This document shows, one piece after another, positions 1 through 12,096 of a stretch of DNA of 64,000 nucleotides. A model generated the notes under the pieces. The model was given only the letters and a program-made list of their open reading frames with translations. It did not search any database and was not told the origin of the DNA. The position numbers were made by a program, and so were the translations under genes. The stretch spans positions 620,001 through 684,000 of the forward strand of contig NW_027191452.1 of assembly GCF_011745625.1 (NCBI RefSeq), given 5' to 3'. Each line of letters begins with the position of its first letter. Position 1 is the first letter of the stretch. The DNA is from Cladosporium halotolerans (Eukaryota).

Positions 1-589
1 CGCTATCTCACAAACCGTCCACAACACCCCCAAGCCTGCGTCGTCGCAACCATCCGCTTCACCCGCAGGCGTGGAGAAAGCGCAGTCTTTCTTCGAACAC
101 AAGGGCGCGAACGCCGTGCAGCAATCTTCACGCGCGCTCATCGTCGGCGTGTTCCAGAACCAGCCCCTGGACTACATCCTGGAGCAGCAGAAGCTTCTGA
201 ACCTCGACATCGTCCAGCTGCACGGCCAGGAGCCCCTTGAATGGGCCTCGATCATTCCTGTCCCTGTGATCAGGTCCTTCAAGCCCGGCGATGCCGGTCT
301 CGCGACACGCGGGTTCCACTCGCTGCCGCTTCTCGATTCGGGCGCCGGAGGGACCGGCGAGCAGCTGGACATGAGCAAGGTTATCGAGCTGCTGAAGAAG
401 GACGATGGCCTGCACGTGCTTTTTGCTGGCGGTCTGAACCCGGACAACGTCGCAAAGGCAGTACAGAGCTTGGGCGACCAGGCCGAGAAGGTGGTGGGTG
501 TTGATGTGAGCAGCGGCGTTGAGACGGATGGCGAGCAGGATCTGGAAAAGATTAAGGCTTTCATCAAGGCGGCGAAGGCTCTGAGATAG
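1..589 (+). CDS. TRP1: 3' end of trifunctional tryptophan biosynthesis protein (phosphoribosylanthranilate isomerase domain); partial
   Basis: Frame is open from the window start. PRAI motifs [32 protein letters not shown] and [10 protein letters not shown] are present. Stop TAG at 587-589. Confidence 0.93.
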   Translation, partial: AISQTVHNTPKPASSQPSASPAGVEKAQSFFEHKGANAVQQSSRALIVGVFQNQPLDYILEQQKLLNLDIVQLHGQEPLEWASIIPVPVIRSFKPGDAGLATRGFHSLPLLDSGAGGTGEQLDMSKVIELLKKDDGLHVLFAGGLNPDNVAKAVQSLGDQAEKVVGVDVSSGVETDGEQDLEKIKAFIKAAKALR

Positions 590-938
590 ATGGCAGATAC
601 ATCGCATTTGTAAATGGCATAGATGTGAGTTGAAAGTGCATCCAAACCTCAAAATCCTTGGCATGATTCGGTCTTTGGTCATATGAGAATCATCTCGTCG
701 GTCATTTGGAATCCTTGAATTGAAGTCTGTACACACAACTGGGGATATAGAAAAGGACTAACTACGAAGTACACCACGCCATGCCGGCGCCTTTCTTGCG
801 CGCGCTTGCATATCCAAAGCTTTTTCTTTTATCTGTCTTATATGGCAGTCAGAGGCCAAGAGCAATCGCCTCCAGGCCTCCAACCAGTCCAGTGCTTTGG
901 AGTGGCCAGAGAAGAAGAATTATAATAGTAAGCCCATA

Positions 939-2143
939 CTAATTAGTATTCGCGCCACCCGTACCCGCCACGCCGAGACCGAACACGAGACCCAGCACGA
1001 GCGCCAGGATACAGATGATGATGACGACGATCCAGAAGCACCACCACTTGAGCTTGCGGGCGCGGCGGGCGTGCTCGATGCCCTTGTCGAGCTGCACGTT
1101 GCCGGCCTCGGTGTCGTGCTTGACGCGCTCCGTGTGCTGCTCCGTCTCCTGGATCGGCGCGTCCTGCAGCATGATCGTCGTCGCCAGGTCCTCCATCAGC
1201 GACTGCAGCTCGAGCATCGTGCGCTCGATCTTCTGGATGTCGTTGTGGCGCGCGCGCACGTTGCCCAGGACGGTGTTGGCGGCGGCGGTGCGGTTGGTTT
1301 TGAGCTGCGACCGGATGTTAGTATACCGCACATAATGTCAAGGATCAATATTCTATATGGACATACCGCTGTCTGGAAAACGCCCTCATTGCCCCAGTCT
1401 GCCTGCACGGCCTCCTGCACCTCCGAGTCTGTGGCCTCGGGGTTCACGATCCGGTACTGGCGGGCAATCTGCTCGCGATACCGCCTCTCGTAGTTCGCCT
1501 CCTCCTGCCTGTACTCCTGCAACTGCTTCGTAAAGCTGGTCTTGAGCTGCCTGATCTGCGTGTCCTTGACGGAGTTGCCCTGGCTCCGCACGGCGTCGGT
1601 CTCGAGCGCCTTGATCTGGTCCTTGATGCTGGTGTTCAGCACCTGCGTCTGCGTCACCATGTTCTCCAGCGCATTGGAGGAGCCCGCATTGTCGGCGCTC
1701 GATATCGACTGCTGGTGCAGCGTCGCGATCTGGCCCACGTGAGTCGTGAGCGTGCGAATGTCCGCCTTGACCGCCTCCACGCGCGACAGGAAGTCCGGGT
1801 TCGAGAGCGTGCTGCGCGCCGGCTGGACGTACTCGACGTGGCCTTGAGGCACAAACGGAACGGCCGGAGCATCGGCGCTCGCGGCAACAGGCCCGCCGCC
1901 GCCTTGTTGTGAGTACGACGAATCCTGGGTCTGCTGGCTGTAGGTCGACTGGTTGTGGGCGAGCGGCGGCGCACCGAGGCGAGAAGAAGGCTGCTGCGCG
2001 GGCTGGCCGTAGTCCGCGCCGTATGGGTTCTCGCCGTACGGGTTCGAGCCATACCCTCCAGCGCCGCTGCCGTAGCCGCCGGCCTGCTCATCTCCACCGT
2101 ACGGGTTCCCGCCGTAGCCGCTGTACTGGTTGTAGTTGGACAT
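939..2143 (-). CDS. SSO1: Plasma-membrane syntaxin (Qa-SNARE, Sso1/Sso2 family); intron 1305-1366
   Basis: Habc region (QIARQYRIVNPEAT), SNARE helix (VRARHNDIQKIERTMLEL) and C-terminal TM (KWWCFWIVVIIICILALVLG). The GTATGT..CTAAC..CAG intron joins FQTA to LKTNR. Confidence 0.92.
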
Positions 2144-3091
2144 CTTTGTGTTTGCGGTGTCGCGGTGCTACAGGAGTCCTTGTGCTGGGTCCAGACGATC
2201 GACGGCGGAGAGCTTTAGCTGGCTGACGAGCTGACGCGCCGTCGCAATCGGCAGCGCGCGGATGCGGGCGCAATGGGCGAGCGCGGATGGCAATGGGTGC
2301 GCAGTCGACAGGCGGCGCAGGCGAGGTGCGTAGACGATGCCGGCGTAGAATATCGGAGGTGGTCGGTACGAGGTCGGGCGGTGGTGAGCAGAACGGTTGA
2401 GAAGGTTTCAGAGCAAGCTAGTGCAGTCGTCAGGCGAGATGAGGGCCGTGGTGAAGAAGCGCGGCAGAGAGTGGCGTCAGCGGTGCGGAGACGCGCGCCC
2501 ACGCCTGCGACGAACGGATCCATCTTTTCTCCATCGCCGCATGCTCTCCAGAAAGCTTAGCATGTGTATTAATCCATCTTGAGGATCATATGAGCTAGGA
2601 GAAGCAGTCCGGGGCTGAAGGTCACGCACGAAGGATGCACAGTGAGGCGTGAACGTTGCGCGCTGGTATTGATGACTGATGAGAACACACGGCACTGATG
2701 CCTCTCAGGCGTTTAGATCGAATGAACAAAATTCACGTGCAACCCTCGCCTCTGAACCCAACAACCTGAGCATTGTTTTGAGGACTCCGGTTCGAGTGTC
2801 ACTTACTTGGGACTGACGTGTAAGATGACTGCAAGGTATCGTAATTGAGTGTGTATGTACTCAAGGCATCCGTCCCACGTGATGCCATAATGTCGACCCG
2901 GTTGGATCTGACTCTAGTCTGATAAAACAAAAACGTGAACGCTCAGTGCCGCCATAATCTCATAATGCCATTTCGTTTCCATTAAAGGGCCTCCCATCTT
3001 GTGGGGTCGTCCCTGTCCCAACCGATTGAACGCCCGGGGCACGCTGCCCTCGAAAATATATCCACGCCGTCCGTCGCCATGAGGCATCAAC

Positions 3092-3541
3092 TCAGAGCTC
3101 CACCTCGCCAAAGTCCCTCATCAAACAGGCCATCTGCGCCCGTTTTGCCGCCTCGGCAACAAGGTTGAAGTCCTGTAAGAAGGGCGCGGTCTCTGGCGCA
3201 CCGGCGCCGTTGCCTCTTTGACCAACGTGCTGTTGGCTGGCGGGCGCTCTATGCTGTTGTCCAAGTTGCTGCTCAGGATGCGACGTTGGGCCCTGTGCCG
3301 ATAGCGAGCCAAAGTAGTTCTCGCGTTGGCTATGGTTGGGAGACGGTAAAGGCGCAGAGGCGAGGGTCTGCTGTGGCATGTCGATGCTGGACGGCGCGGA
3401 TGGAGAAGCGCGCGACGTGGACACGGAGTCAGAGCTGCTGAAGACTGACGAAGGCGCCGACGTGGGTGAGTTGTCGGAGACGACTTGGGGGTAAGAGGGC
3501 CGTTGATTGCAGGCCTGGCGATATTGCGACCGGGTCTGCAT
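3092..3541 (-). CDS. Small, largely disordered hypothetical protein (149 aa) with a helical C-terminal motif PFLQDFNLVAEAAKRAQMACLMRD
   Basis: ATG in good context (ACC ATG) and Ser/Pro/Gln-rich ORF. The C-terminal motif resembles one I recall from conserved Pezizomycotina hypothetical proteins; not checked by search. Confidence 0.7.
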   Translation of the reverse strand: MQTRSQYRQACNQRPSYPQVVSDNSPTSAPSSVFSSSDSVSTSRASPSAPSSIDMPQQTLASAPLPSPNHSQRENYFGSLSAQGPTSHPEQQLGQQHRAPASQQHVGQRGNGAGAPETAPFLQDFNLVAEAAKRAQMACLMRDFGEVEL

Positions 3542-5351
3542 GGTGTTATGTGGGGAGGATGTCGTGGGGAAGGGTGACGGTTTATTTGACAGCCGAAGGT
3601 TTAGCCGCGGCGTGTCGAGTTTTGAGTTTGAGTGACGCCGCAAAAGTGACCGGCAAGGTTAGAAGCGGAAGACGAGCCTAGTGTTCTCGTGGCGATATCA
3701 AAGGATTCTTCGGTTTGTTGCGCTTGTGCTGCCAGTTGCCGTCGTTGTCGCGGTATGATGACGATGATGGGAGTCAGGAGCTTTCGGCTGGCCGAAAAAG
3801 CAGTGGCACCCACGTAGCCAAGGCGGGCAATAAGGTAGGCAATAGCAGACTGATTCGGCAACTGATAAGACAGGGCGCCTGCAGGGTTGTGTGTTTGACG
3901 CGAAAGCCGAGGTTTGACAGCCACTCGCTCACAAACGCTGTTCGAGATTGTGCCTAGATCGGAAAGACTGTTGCGCGATCGGTGATAGCTGGGAGCACGC
4001 GGGATGAGTCTTGCCTGTCTGAGATTGCTGGTCAGAGTATCCGGCGGCGATTGAAGCGAGGTGGCGGAGAAATGAAGTCCGAGTCGGTTCAAAGGAGGCG
4101 AGCGGTAGGGGAAACAGGCACTGTTGGAACCAAGACGAACGTGGTAGCCTTGCGAAAGTTTCAATGCCAGTGGCCGATGAGCGAAATGGTGTCTCTTGTA
4201 CCGTATCACGGGAAGAACATCAAAACTGGGGCTTAGGTCGTGGGGCTCCACGGGGCATCTGCGGATCTGGTGAACGCGTAAGTGTATCACCTCCCAAGCT
4301 CCAATGAAGTGTGATCAACGAGTCGTCCCTGCGCTTTGGCGCTGCGCGTGGAGAGGGACCGTTAGAGGGATGTGGAGGGCGATGCGAAGGCGCTTTTACT
4401 TTCCTATGCTGGTGGGGCTCAAACCTTCTGCCAAGCGGCCGGGAAAACTCGGGAGAAGGGCTCGCTCGAGTCGAGACAAGGCGACGTCCGTCCGTCATGC
4501 CGCCGAGCACTTGTTCCTCGGCGAGATTGAGAGACGGGCCAGTAGGGCCGTCATGCCAAAAGCCACGGCAGCTCCAGGCACACCGCGGGCTTAGTCTACC
4601 TCGTCGCGGAGCCTTCAGAAAAGCATAGGCTTTCACGACTGTCTATTAAAGTTGCCCTTTGTCTGGGGGTTTCTGGGGTTATTCTGATACAGCCTCAATG
4701 CCGGTTACAGCGGCCGGCAAAGGGAAAATTGTAAGAATGCCGCCTTGAAGCGCTGCCGTGTAAGCAGAAGTGGCCGCGCAAGAAAATCCGCTTTAGTGCC
4801 GTGATCCTGAATCATCGGCGCAGCGACGCAGCAGGCTCGGCTGCACCTACTGGATCGTCGCACGAATACTCTATGTAGGTATTGGTGGTGCCTTACGAAC
4901 CTGAGGCATGATCGACCGCCAATCCACGTACCATGCGACAACTTGCCAGCGAACTCAATCTCAAAGGCGGTTGGTCTGTTCCTATCAATGCCGGTGAAGG
5001 CAGTACGTTACCACAAACCTGATGTCGTGAGATTGAAGTATTGAGGAACCGGGAGGGTGCGACATTTCGTAGCTACCGGCATGTCTCCTTCAAATTTTTT
5101 CCATTCTGCCTCATGGATTGTGAAATTCGGGTTCAAATTCACGCCTCCCGTTTGAATCATGAACATCCAGTTGGACACATACTATCATCATTGCAATATC
5201 CGATATATTCCTCGATCAGGCGTGCAGAATCCGAATTTATAATTTGCTAGCTCGTTGCATTGTACGCCAGGCCCAAAACCCGGCTGCCGGCATCGTGACC
5301 TGAAGTAAGATTGACGAGACCTCACTTACCTCACTGCAAGCCCACCAAAGT

Positions 5352-6300
5352 ATGCCGGTGCGTAGCCACGCATCCCTCCATGGCCTAAAGCAACATCTAA
5401 TCCATCCCTCAACACCAGCTCCTCCTCCTCTCCGGCTACCCCAAGTCCGGCAAAACGCACCGCAGCCAACAACTCATCGCCGACTTCACCGCGCGCATCG
5501 CCGCCTCCTCGGACCCGCGCATCCAGCGCCTCAAGCTCTTCCACGTCAGCGACGACACGCTCGCGCTCGACCGCCATGCCTACGCCACCGCGCGCGCGGA
5601 GAAGGACGCCCGCGCCGCCTTCGCCTCCGCCGTCAAGCGCGAGCTGACCCGCGACACGATCGTCGTCACCGACGGCATGAACTACATCAAGGGCTTCCGC
5701 TACCAGCTGTACTGCGAGGCCAAAGCGGTCCAGACGCCCAACTGCATCGTGCAGGTCGGCACGCAGCCGCCGCAGTGCCGCGAGTTCAACGAGGCGGCGC
5801 TCCGCGAGCAGAGCAAGGACTCGCCACCGTATGAGCCCGAGGTTTTCGAGAATCTGATCTTCCGGTACGAGGAGCCAAACGGGATGAATCGGTGGGATGC
5901 GCCGTTGTTCGCGGTGCCGTTTGAGGACGAGGCGCCGGATTTCCAGGCGATTTGGGATGCGCTGGTGGGTGTTGATGGGAAGGCAAAGGTGGTGAAGCCG
6001 AATGCGGCGACAGTGTTGAAGCCTGCGACGGAGCAGGATTACCTGTACGAGCTCGACAAGTCGACATCAGATGTGATAGCGGCGATTACGGCGTGGACGG
6101 CGGATCATCCAGGAGAGGGCGGTGGGAGCGTGAAGGCTGGGGAGGAGCTGGAGGTTGAACTGCCGATGAACCCACCTTCGTTGCCGCAGTTGCAGAGACT
6201 GAGGCGGCAATTCATTCAGCTGAACAGGCAGCACAATCTGAGCAAGACCAGGGTGAAGGCGTTGTTCGTCACATATTTGAACGATGCGTTTGAGAGTTAG
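5352..6300 (+). CDS. KTI12: Elongator-associated P-loop protein Kti12; intron 5358-5418
   Basis: Spliced N-terminus MP|LLLLSGYPKSGKT (P-loop). Motifs DGMNYIKGFRYQLYCEAK, RYEEPNGMNRWDAPLF and LQRLRRQFI. Confidence 0.95.
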
Positions 6301-6613
6301 ACATTGGGACATGAAGCACGAGATTCACGCCATGCGATTGGCGTATGCTTTAAACTATTAACGCTCGGTCTACGAACAGCTGTGGTTACCATGGTTCTCC
6401 ATGTGCGTAGAGTGAGCGCTATCCCCGTCCTCATTTCCTTGCTCGGAACATTTTCAAAATCCATCCGCTTTGCGCACAACCCTTCGAATTCACAGCTGCT
6501 TAATGCAATTTTCCATTTCCCTGGTGGTATCATGTCTCCTGCCTCAGGAGTGTCGTCGCTCAAATGTGCCCTTCCGTTGTTCTGAGGATAAAGTATCACA
6601 TCTAGAGCGGTTC

Positions 6614-8236
6614 CTAGCCGCCCATAGAGACCTCCTTCGTCACATTACGGGCGTTCTTCATCACCGCCTTCAACATCTTCTCGACATTATCCCAGTCCTC
6701 GGTGTCAAGCTTGGTCGGCTCGACGTTGAAGTGCTTGCAGATATCCATCAGCTGACCCCAGCTGCGACGGTCATGCACGAAAGTGAGAGCAGCACCAGTG
6801 CGGCCGAAACGACCCGTGCGCCCAATACGGTGGAGGTAGGTCTCATAATCCGGCTCACCGGTGGGCAGATCGGGAACGTCGTAGTTGATGACCATGGTGA
6901 CAGTCTGCACATCAATTCCACGAGCAAGAACGTTGGTCGTGATCAGGACCTTGGCCTCGCCAGTGCGGAACTTCTGGAATACTGCATCACGCTCAGTACC
7001 CTCGAGGGCACCCGAGAGGGCAGCGACCTTGTGGCCGTCGGCGGTCATGCGCCGCTCGATTTCAGTAGCAGTGTCGCGGCGCTTGACGAAAATGATGGAG
7101 GAAGCGATGGTCATCAGACTGTAAAACTTAAGCAACGCGGCATACTTCGCCTCGTCGTTGTTGCAGTCGAGATACATCTGCTTGATGCCCTTGACCGTGA
7201 GCTTCTCAACCTCGAGAGTGATCTGGTTGGCGTTGGGCGCAAAGAGGTTGGCGAAGTTGAGGACCTGTTCTGGGAACGTGGCGGAGAAGAGGACGACCTG
7301 AATGTTCTTGGGCAGCAGCTGCTTGACACGCTTGCACTGGTCGCCCATGCCCTGCAGGTCGAGCATGTTATCGGCCTCATCGAGGGTCAGCACCTTCATG
7401 CCGCGGGTGTCGAGCTGACGGCGCTTGATCATGTCGGAGACGGTGCCAGGGGTGCCAACGATGATCTGGCCGGTGATCTGTTGACCCTTGTTCGCGGGAT
7501 TGGGAATAGCCTCGCCAATCTTGAGACCCTTCTCTTCAAGGAACACGCCGAGCATCATACAGTTTTGCGAGATCTGCCTCGCGAGCTCACGGGTCGGTGC
7601 CAGCACGAGACATTGGGGCTGCGGGGTGCTTAGATCGATGCGGGAGAGCATGTTGAGGGTGAAGGCCGCTGTCTTGCCAGTTCCCGATTGCGACTGGCCA
7701 ATGAGGTTCTGGGCAGGGTTCTTCAGGAGCAGAGGCAAGGCACGCTCCTGGATCTTGGAGGGCTTGTGGAAGCTGTTGATAGACAGCGCGCGGAGGAGCT
7801 CAGGAACACTGGTGATTATTAGTACAAGTGAGTGCGATCGGAGGGGATGTTCTGCTTACAGATTGAGGTCCTCGAAGCTCTTGACGGAGTACAGCGGGTT
7901 GTTTGGGTCTTCCTGCAGATCGGCGAGCTTGACGTTGACATCGAACTCTGGCTCATCGAGACCAGAGCCGTTCAGGAAGGCATTGGCGCCGTCCTGCTGC
8001 GCCATGCCAACAGATCCAGCGTCCGGAGTATCTTCCGACTTATCCTTGCTGGTATCTTGATCCTTCTTCTCAGCCGGCGCAGGCGTCGACTCAGGTGGTG
8101 TGTCAGTCTCGTCCGCCCAATTAAACTTCTTTGGCTGCTCGCCGTCCTTGCCCTTGTCGGGGAATGTGAGGCGCTCTTCGAAAGACTTGGCAATGCCAGA
8201 GGCATCGGCGGGAGGGGGGGTCTTCGCGTCAGACAT
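6614..8236 (-). CDS. DBP5: DEAD-box mRNA export helicase Dbp5; intron 7809-7859
   Basis: [46 protein letters not shown] and [12 protein letters not shown]. Confidence 0.96.
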
Positions 8237-8919
8237 GTTTGTGGTTCCGTGCGGTAGCGATGCGTTGTCTTCTGGTGAATGCGCGCGGAGGGAGGGTGGA
8301 GCTTTGCTTGCTGCCAGGGCAAGTAAGCGAAAGAGTGACGTTCGCGCTCACTAACGGCTCGCCGGCCAGTCGTCGAATAATGCGTCGAATGTGAGCGGAC
8401 GTCAAAGCGTGAATGGGGATGTTGCAGGGAGGCGGGGTGTTTGTCGTTGTTGCGGTGACGCCAACCTCGTTGAATGCCCTGTCGAGCCACAACTTTTGGG
8501 GCTCAGGCAGGCAGGCAGGCACCGCGGGGCAGAAGTGATGCAAGGGGGCAGGTCTGGCGAGGCTGAATCGCGTGGCCGTCCTTCCACTCTGCACGCTGCC
8601 GAGTGTGCGCCCGCGGTCTGCAGGCAACGCCGGCGTCACGACTCACGACCCCACACTCGGGCTGCCTCTGGCACTCCACCGCTGCCCTCTGGGGCCAGCC
8701 GAGCCACGTTTGGCAGGCCGATCGCCTGCAGTGCCCTCCACCACCTCTGCTGCACATCTTAGCCGGCGCGGCGTGGCCCTGACTGTACTGTATGCTTAGC
8801 CCTGCCGCGACACGCAGTACGTGTACCTTACCTCCATCTGCGCCCTTCCGCCCTCTTCCCTTCCGTACTGTGCCGCCGTCGTCGCTTCGGTCTGGTAATG
8901 CCAGGGCCTGCTGTACAAC

Positions 8920-11273
8920 ATGGCTGAACTCGACATCGCGCCGAACTTCGGCGCCGAGCTGAAGGACGGCTTCAAAAACGCTCATGCCTGGGTCAGCGGT
9001 GGCATACAATGGCTGGAGGAGATTCAGCAGTTCTACCGCGAGCGCAGTGCCATTGAGCGCGAGTACAGCCAGAAGCTCGCCGCGCTCGCGAAGAAGTACT
9101 TTGAGAAGAAGGCGAGGAAGAGCAGTAGTCTGAGCGTTGGAGACAACCCTACCGTCACGCCTGGATCTCTTGAGAGCGCTTCCATGACTACCTGGACGGT
9201 TCAACTTTCGACTTTGGAATCTCGAGCTGCGGAACACGAGCAATTTGGACAACAGATGATCACCAGTCTGGCAGAGCCACTGAAGAATCTGGCGACTCGC
9301 TATGAGGATTTAAGGAAGCAGCATGCCGATTACGCGGCGAAGCTGGAGAAAGAGAGGGATGGCACCTATGCCGATCTGAGGAAGGTCAAGGGCAAATACG
9401 ACGGCGTGTGTCAAGAGGTCGAGCACAAGCGAAAGAAGATAGAAAGCTCGTTCGATCACGGCAAGACCAAGGCGCACTCTGCATACCAGCAGCAGTTGAG
9501 TGACATGCGCAACCAGAAGGTGAGAGCGCGAGGAATGTCCAGAGTATTGGGCAGGGCTGACAACCACAGAACACTTATCTTATCTCTATCAATGTTACCA
9601 ACAAACAGAAGGAGAGGTATTACCATGACTACGTTCCTGAGCTTCTAGATGTAAGCCTCTATCTTCCTGCTTCTTCTGCTAGATACTCACTGTCCTTTGT
9701 CAGTCCCTCCAAGCGCTTGCCGAGTCTCGCGTCGCTACTCTAAACAATGTCTGGAGCACCGCAGCGAAGCTAGAGAACCAAACCCTAACTCGATCCCTCC
9801 AACTGGTTCAGCACCTCGAGGGCGAAATCCCTCGAAACAACCCCGTCTTGGACAGCATGATGTTCGTTCGCCACAACGCCGTGCAGTGGATGGACCCTCC
9901 CGATTTCGCCTTCGAGCCTTCTCCCCTCTGGCTTGACGACGACACGATGGCATCTGATCCGCAAAGCAAGACTTTTTTGATGAACATACTTTCGAAGAGC
10001 AAGAATGCAGTCGGACCTCTCACCAAGGAAGCTGAAAACAAACGACGGGAGCTTGAGACTGTCAAGCGAGTGCGTCAACAAGTTCGCGAAGGAAAGGATA
10101 AGCGCGATGAGGTCGAAGTCGTCCGTGCGATGTTCCACTACTCGGAAACTCTCCATGAGGCCGAGCAACGGCGGGTGACGGCTGAGGTAGAGATCTCGAC
10201 GATTACCGCCGCCATGGGCGATATTAGCGTGGGCATGAAGAACCACGCTTTTGAGAACAAGACGTTCAAGATCCCTACCAACTGCGATCTCTGCGCCGAC
10301 CGCATTTGGGGCTTGAGCGCAAAGGGCTTGAGCTGTAAAGATTGTGGCTACACATGCCATAACAAGTGCGAGCTCAAGGTCCCCGCCGACTGTCCCGGCG
10401 AACTTGACAAAGAGGCTCGCAAAGCGATCAAAGCAGAGCGACAGTCCACAGCACAGGCCGTTGCCTCCAGCCCGGTACCTACCTCCAACGGCAACGGCGA
10501 CATGAACAGCAGCAGAGGGAGCATCAGCAGCGGTCGTGGGGACATGCCTAATTTGCAGCGCAGCGATACCATTGGCTCTATGAACACCTTGTCTTCTGGA
10601 TACGCCGCGAGCGCAAATCGCAGCATGTCCAGCACGACGGTGAAGGACGACTCGTCGGCTGCGAAACCTCTCACACATCGCATGGTGGCACCACCTCCGG
10701 CTGCTTACATCAAGGGCGGCGATGCCGATGGCGGTGAGCAGAGAGGAAAGATGCTATACCCATACTCCGCCACCGGCGACGGCGAGATCACAGTATCTGA
10801 CGGCCAGGAATTCGTCGTTCTCGAAGCAGATGGTGAGTACCCAGCCGCATCTAATACCACAAGCCCAATCCCAGCTAACACCACACGCAGACGGCTCCGG
10901 CTGGATGAAAATCAAGCCCACCAACTCCGCCACCTCAGGCCTCGTCCCCGCCTCCTACGCCGAGCTCACCAGCAAAACAGACGTCTCGGCCGCCGCATCA
11001 GCCTCCACCACCTCCCTCTCCGGCAGCGCGCACTCCGCCTCCGGCCCCGCAGGCCGCAAGCAAGGCCCCGCCGTCGCGCCCCGCCGCGGCGCCAAGAAGG
11101 TCCGCCATGTCGAGGCACTGTACACGTATGATCCGAGTGGAGACGGCGAGACGGCGATGCAGGAGGGCGAGAGGATGGTGCTGGTCTCGCCCGACCAGGG
11201 CGATGGGTGGTGTGAAGTCGAGAGCAAGGCGGGTAAAGGTGTTGTGCCCGCTGGGTGGGTGAAGGAGGTTTGA
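8920..11273 (+). CDS. BZZ1: Bzz1: F-BAR, C1 and two SH3 domains; introns 9520-9569, 9651-9703, 10833-10890
   Basis: FCH motif FYRERSAIEREYS, C1 domain HAF..KIPTNCDLC..C..C..H..C, and two SH3 domains (LYPYSA..DGSGW; ALYTY..GDGW..GVVPAGWV). Canonical introns restore the frame. Confidence 0.94.
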
Positions 11274-11992
11274 TGAAAGTAGGTGATGATGTGAATGTGG
11301 AGGTGTTTGGGTTGCAAATTTCATATTTGATGCTTGTTTGCATAGGCGAAAAGTAGCGTGGCATTGCGATGCGTTTCCTAGGTTTCTTGGGTACTTCAAG
11401 CTGGCGGCTGTATGCTTCTGCTCCGCTTTGCATGTGATCATTTCGATAGTCATTTCTGCTAGGCGTGCATTTGGTATAGGTGTCGAGGCCAGTGACCGTT
11501 TCACTCTTGCTTTTCCCATGCATCACTGGTTATTGTAGCGATCTTCCTGTGAGCTCATAACCATTGTCTTGAGGCCGCTTGCCATACCTAGTGCACGAAG
11601 ATAACACCGCAACTATCGCTTTGCGGAAAATGGCTGTTCCAGCAATTCTACAGATTACAAATGTTCATAAAGTTTCCTGACGATACAAATCATAACTAAC
11701 CGTGTGACCTATAAGGTGACTTCTCGAGACCTTGTCAAGGATGCAGATTCAGGAAGGTCGCTAGGGTTAGGGTTGGGGCTATATCACGTTATCATTTGTG
11801 GCGAGACGCGCACTGCAAAGACTGTCAGCCCCGCTTGAAGCGATTCTATCTGGCTCCTGAATTGCTATTCAAATCGTCTGAGTATTCAGTTCAGCTTGCG
11901 GCTTTCTTAGATGCGGCTCCTCAATCACGTATGCATCTGTCAGCGTTTGATTGTAGTACATAGATTTTACAAAATCTTCTCAAACCGGAAAA

Positions 11993-12096
11993 GGCCTGAT
12001 GGTTTAGTGGTATAATTCGCCCTTCGGGTTTCATCACCCTTGGAGGTATCTCCATGAGATTGGGCGAGGTCCCGCGTTCGATTCGCGGTTAGGCCC
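11993..12096 (+). tRNA. tRNA-Pro(CGG) with 32-nt intron (12029-12060)
   Basis: Acceptor stem GGCCTGA/TTAGGCC, A box TGGTTTAGTGG, anticodon stem CGCCC/GGGCG around TT-CGG-G, T-loop GTTCGATTC, and T-rich terminator downstream. Confidence 0.93.

Noticed and set aside
4220..4700. Telomerase RNA or RNase MRP identity for the structured region
   Set aside because: No TAACCCTAA-type template upstream on either strand. The MRP CR-V-like AACTGGGGCTTA has no matching CR-I partner nearby.
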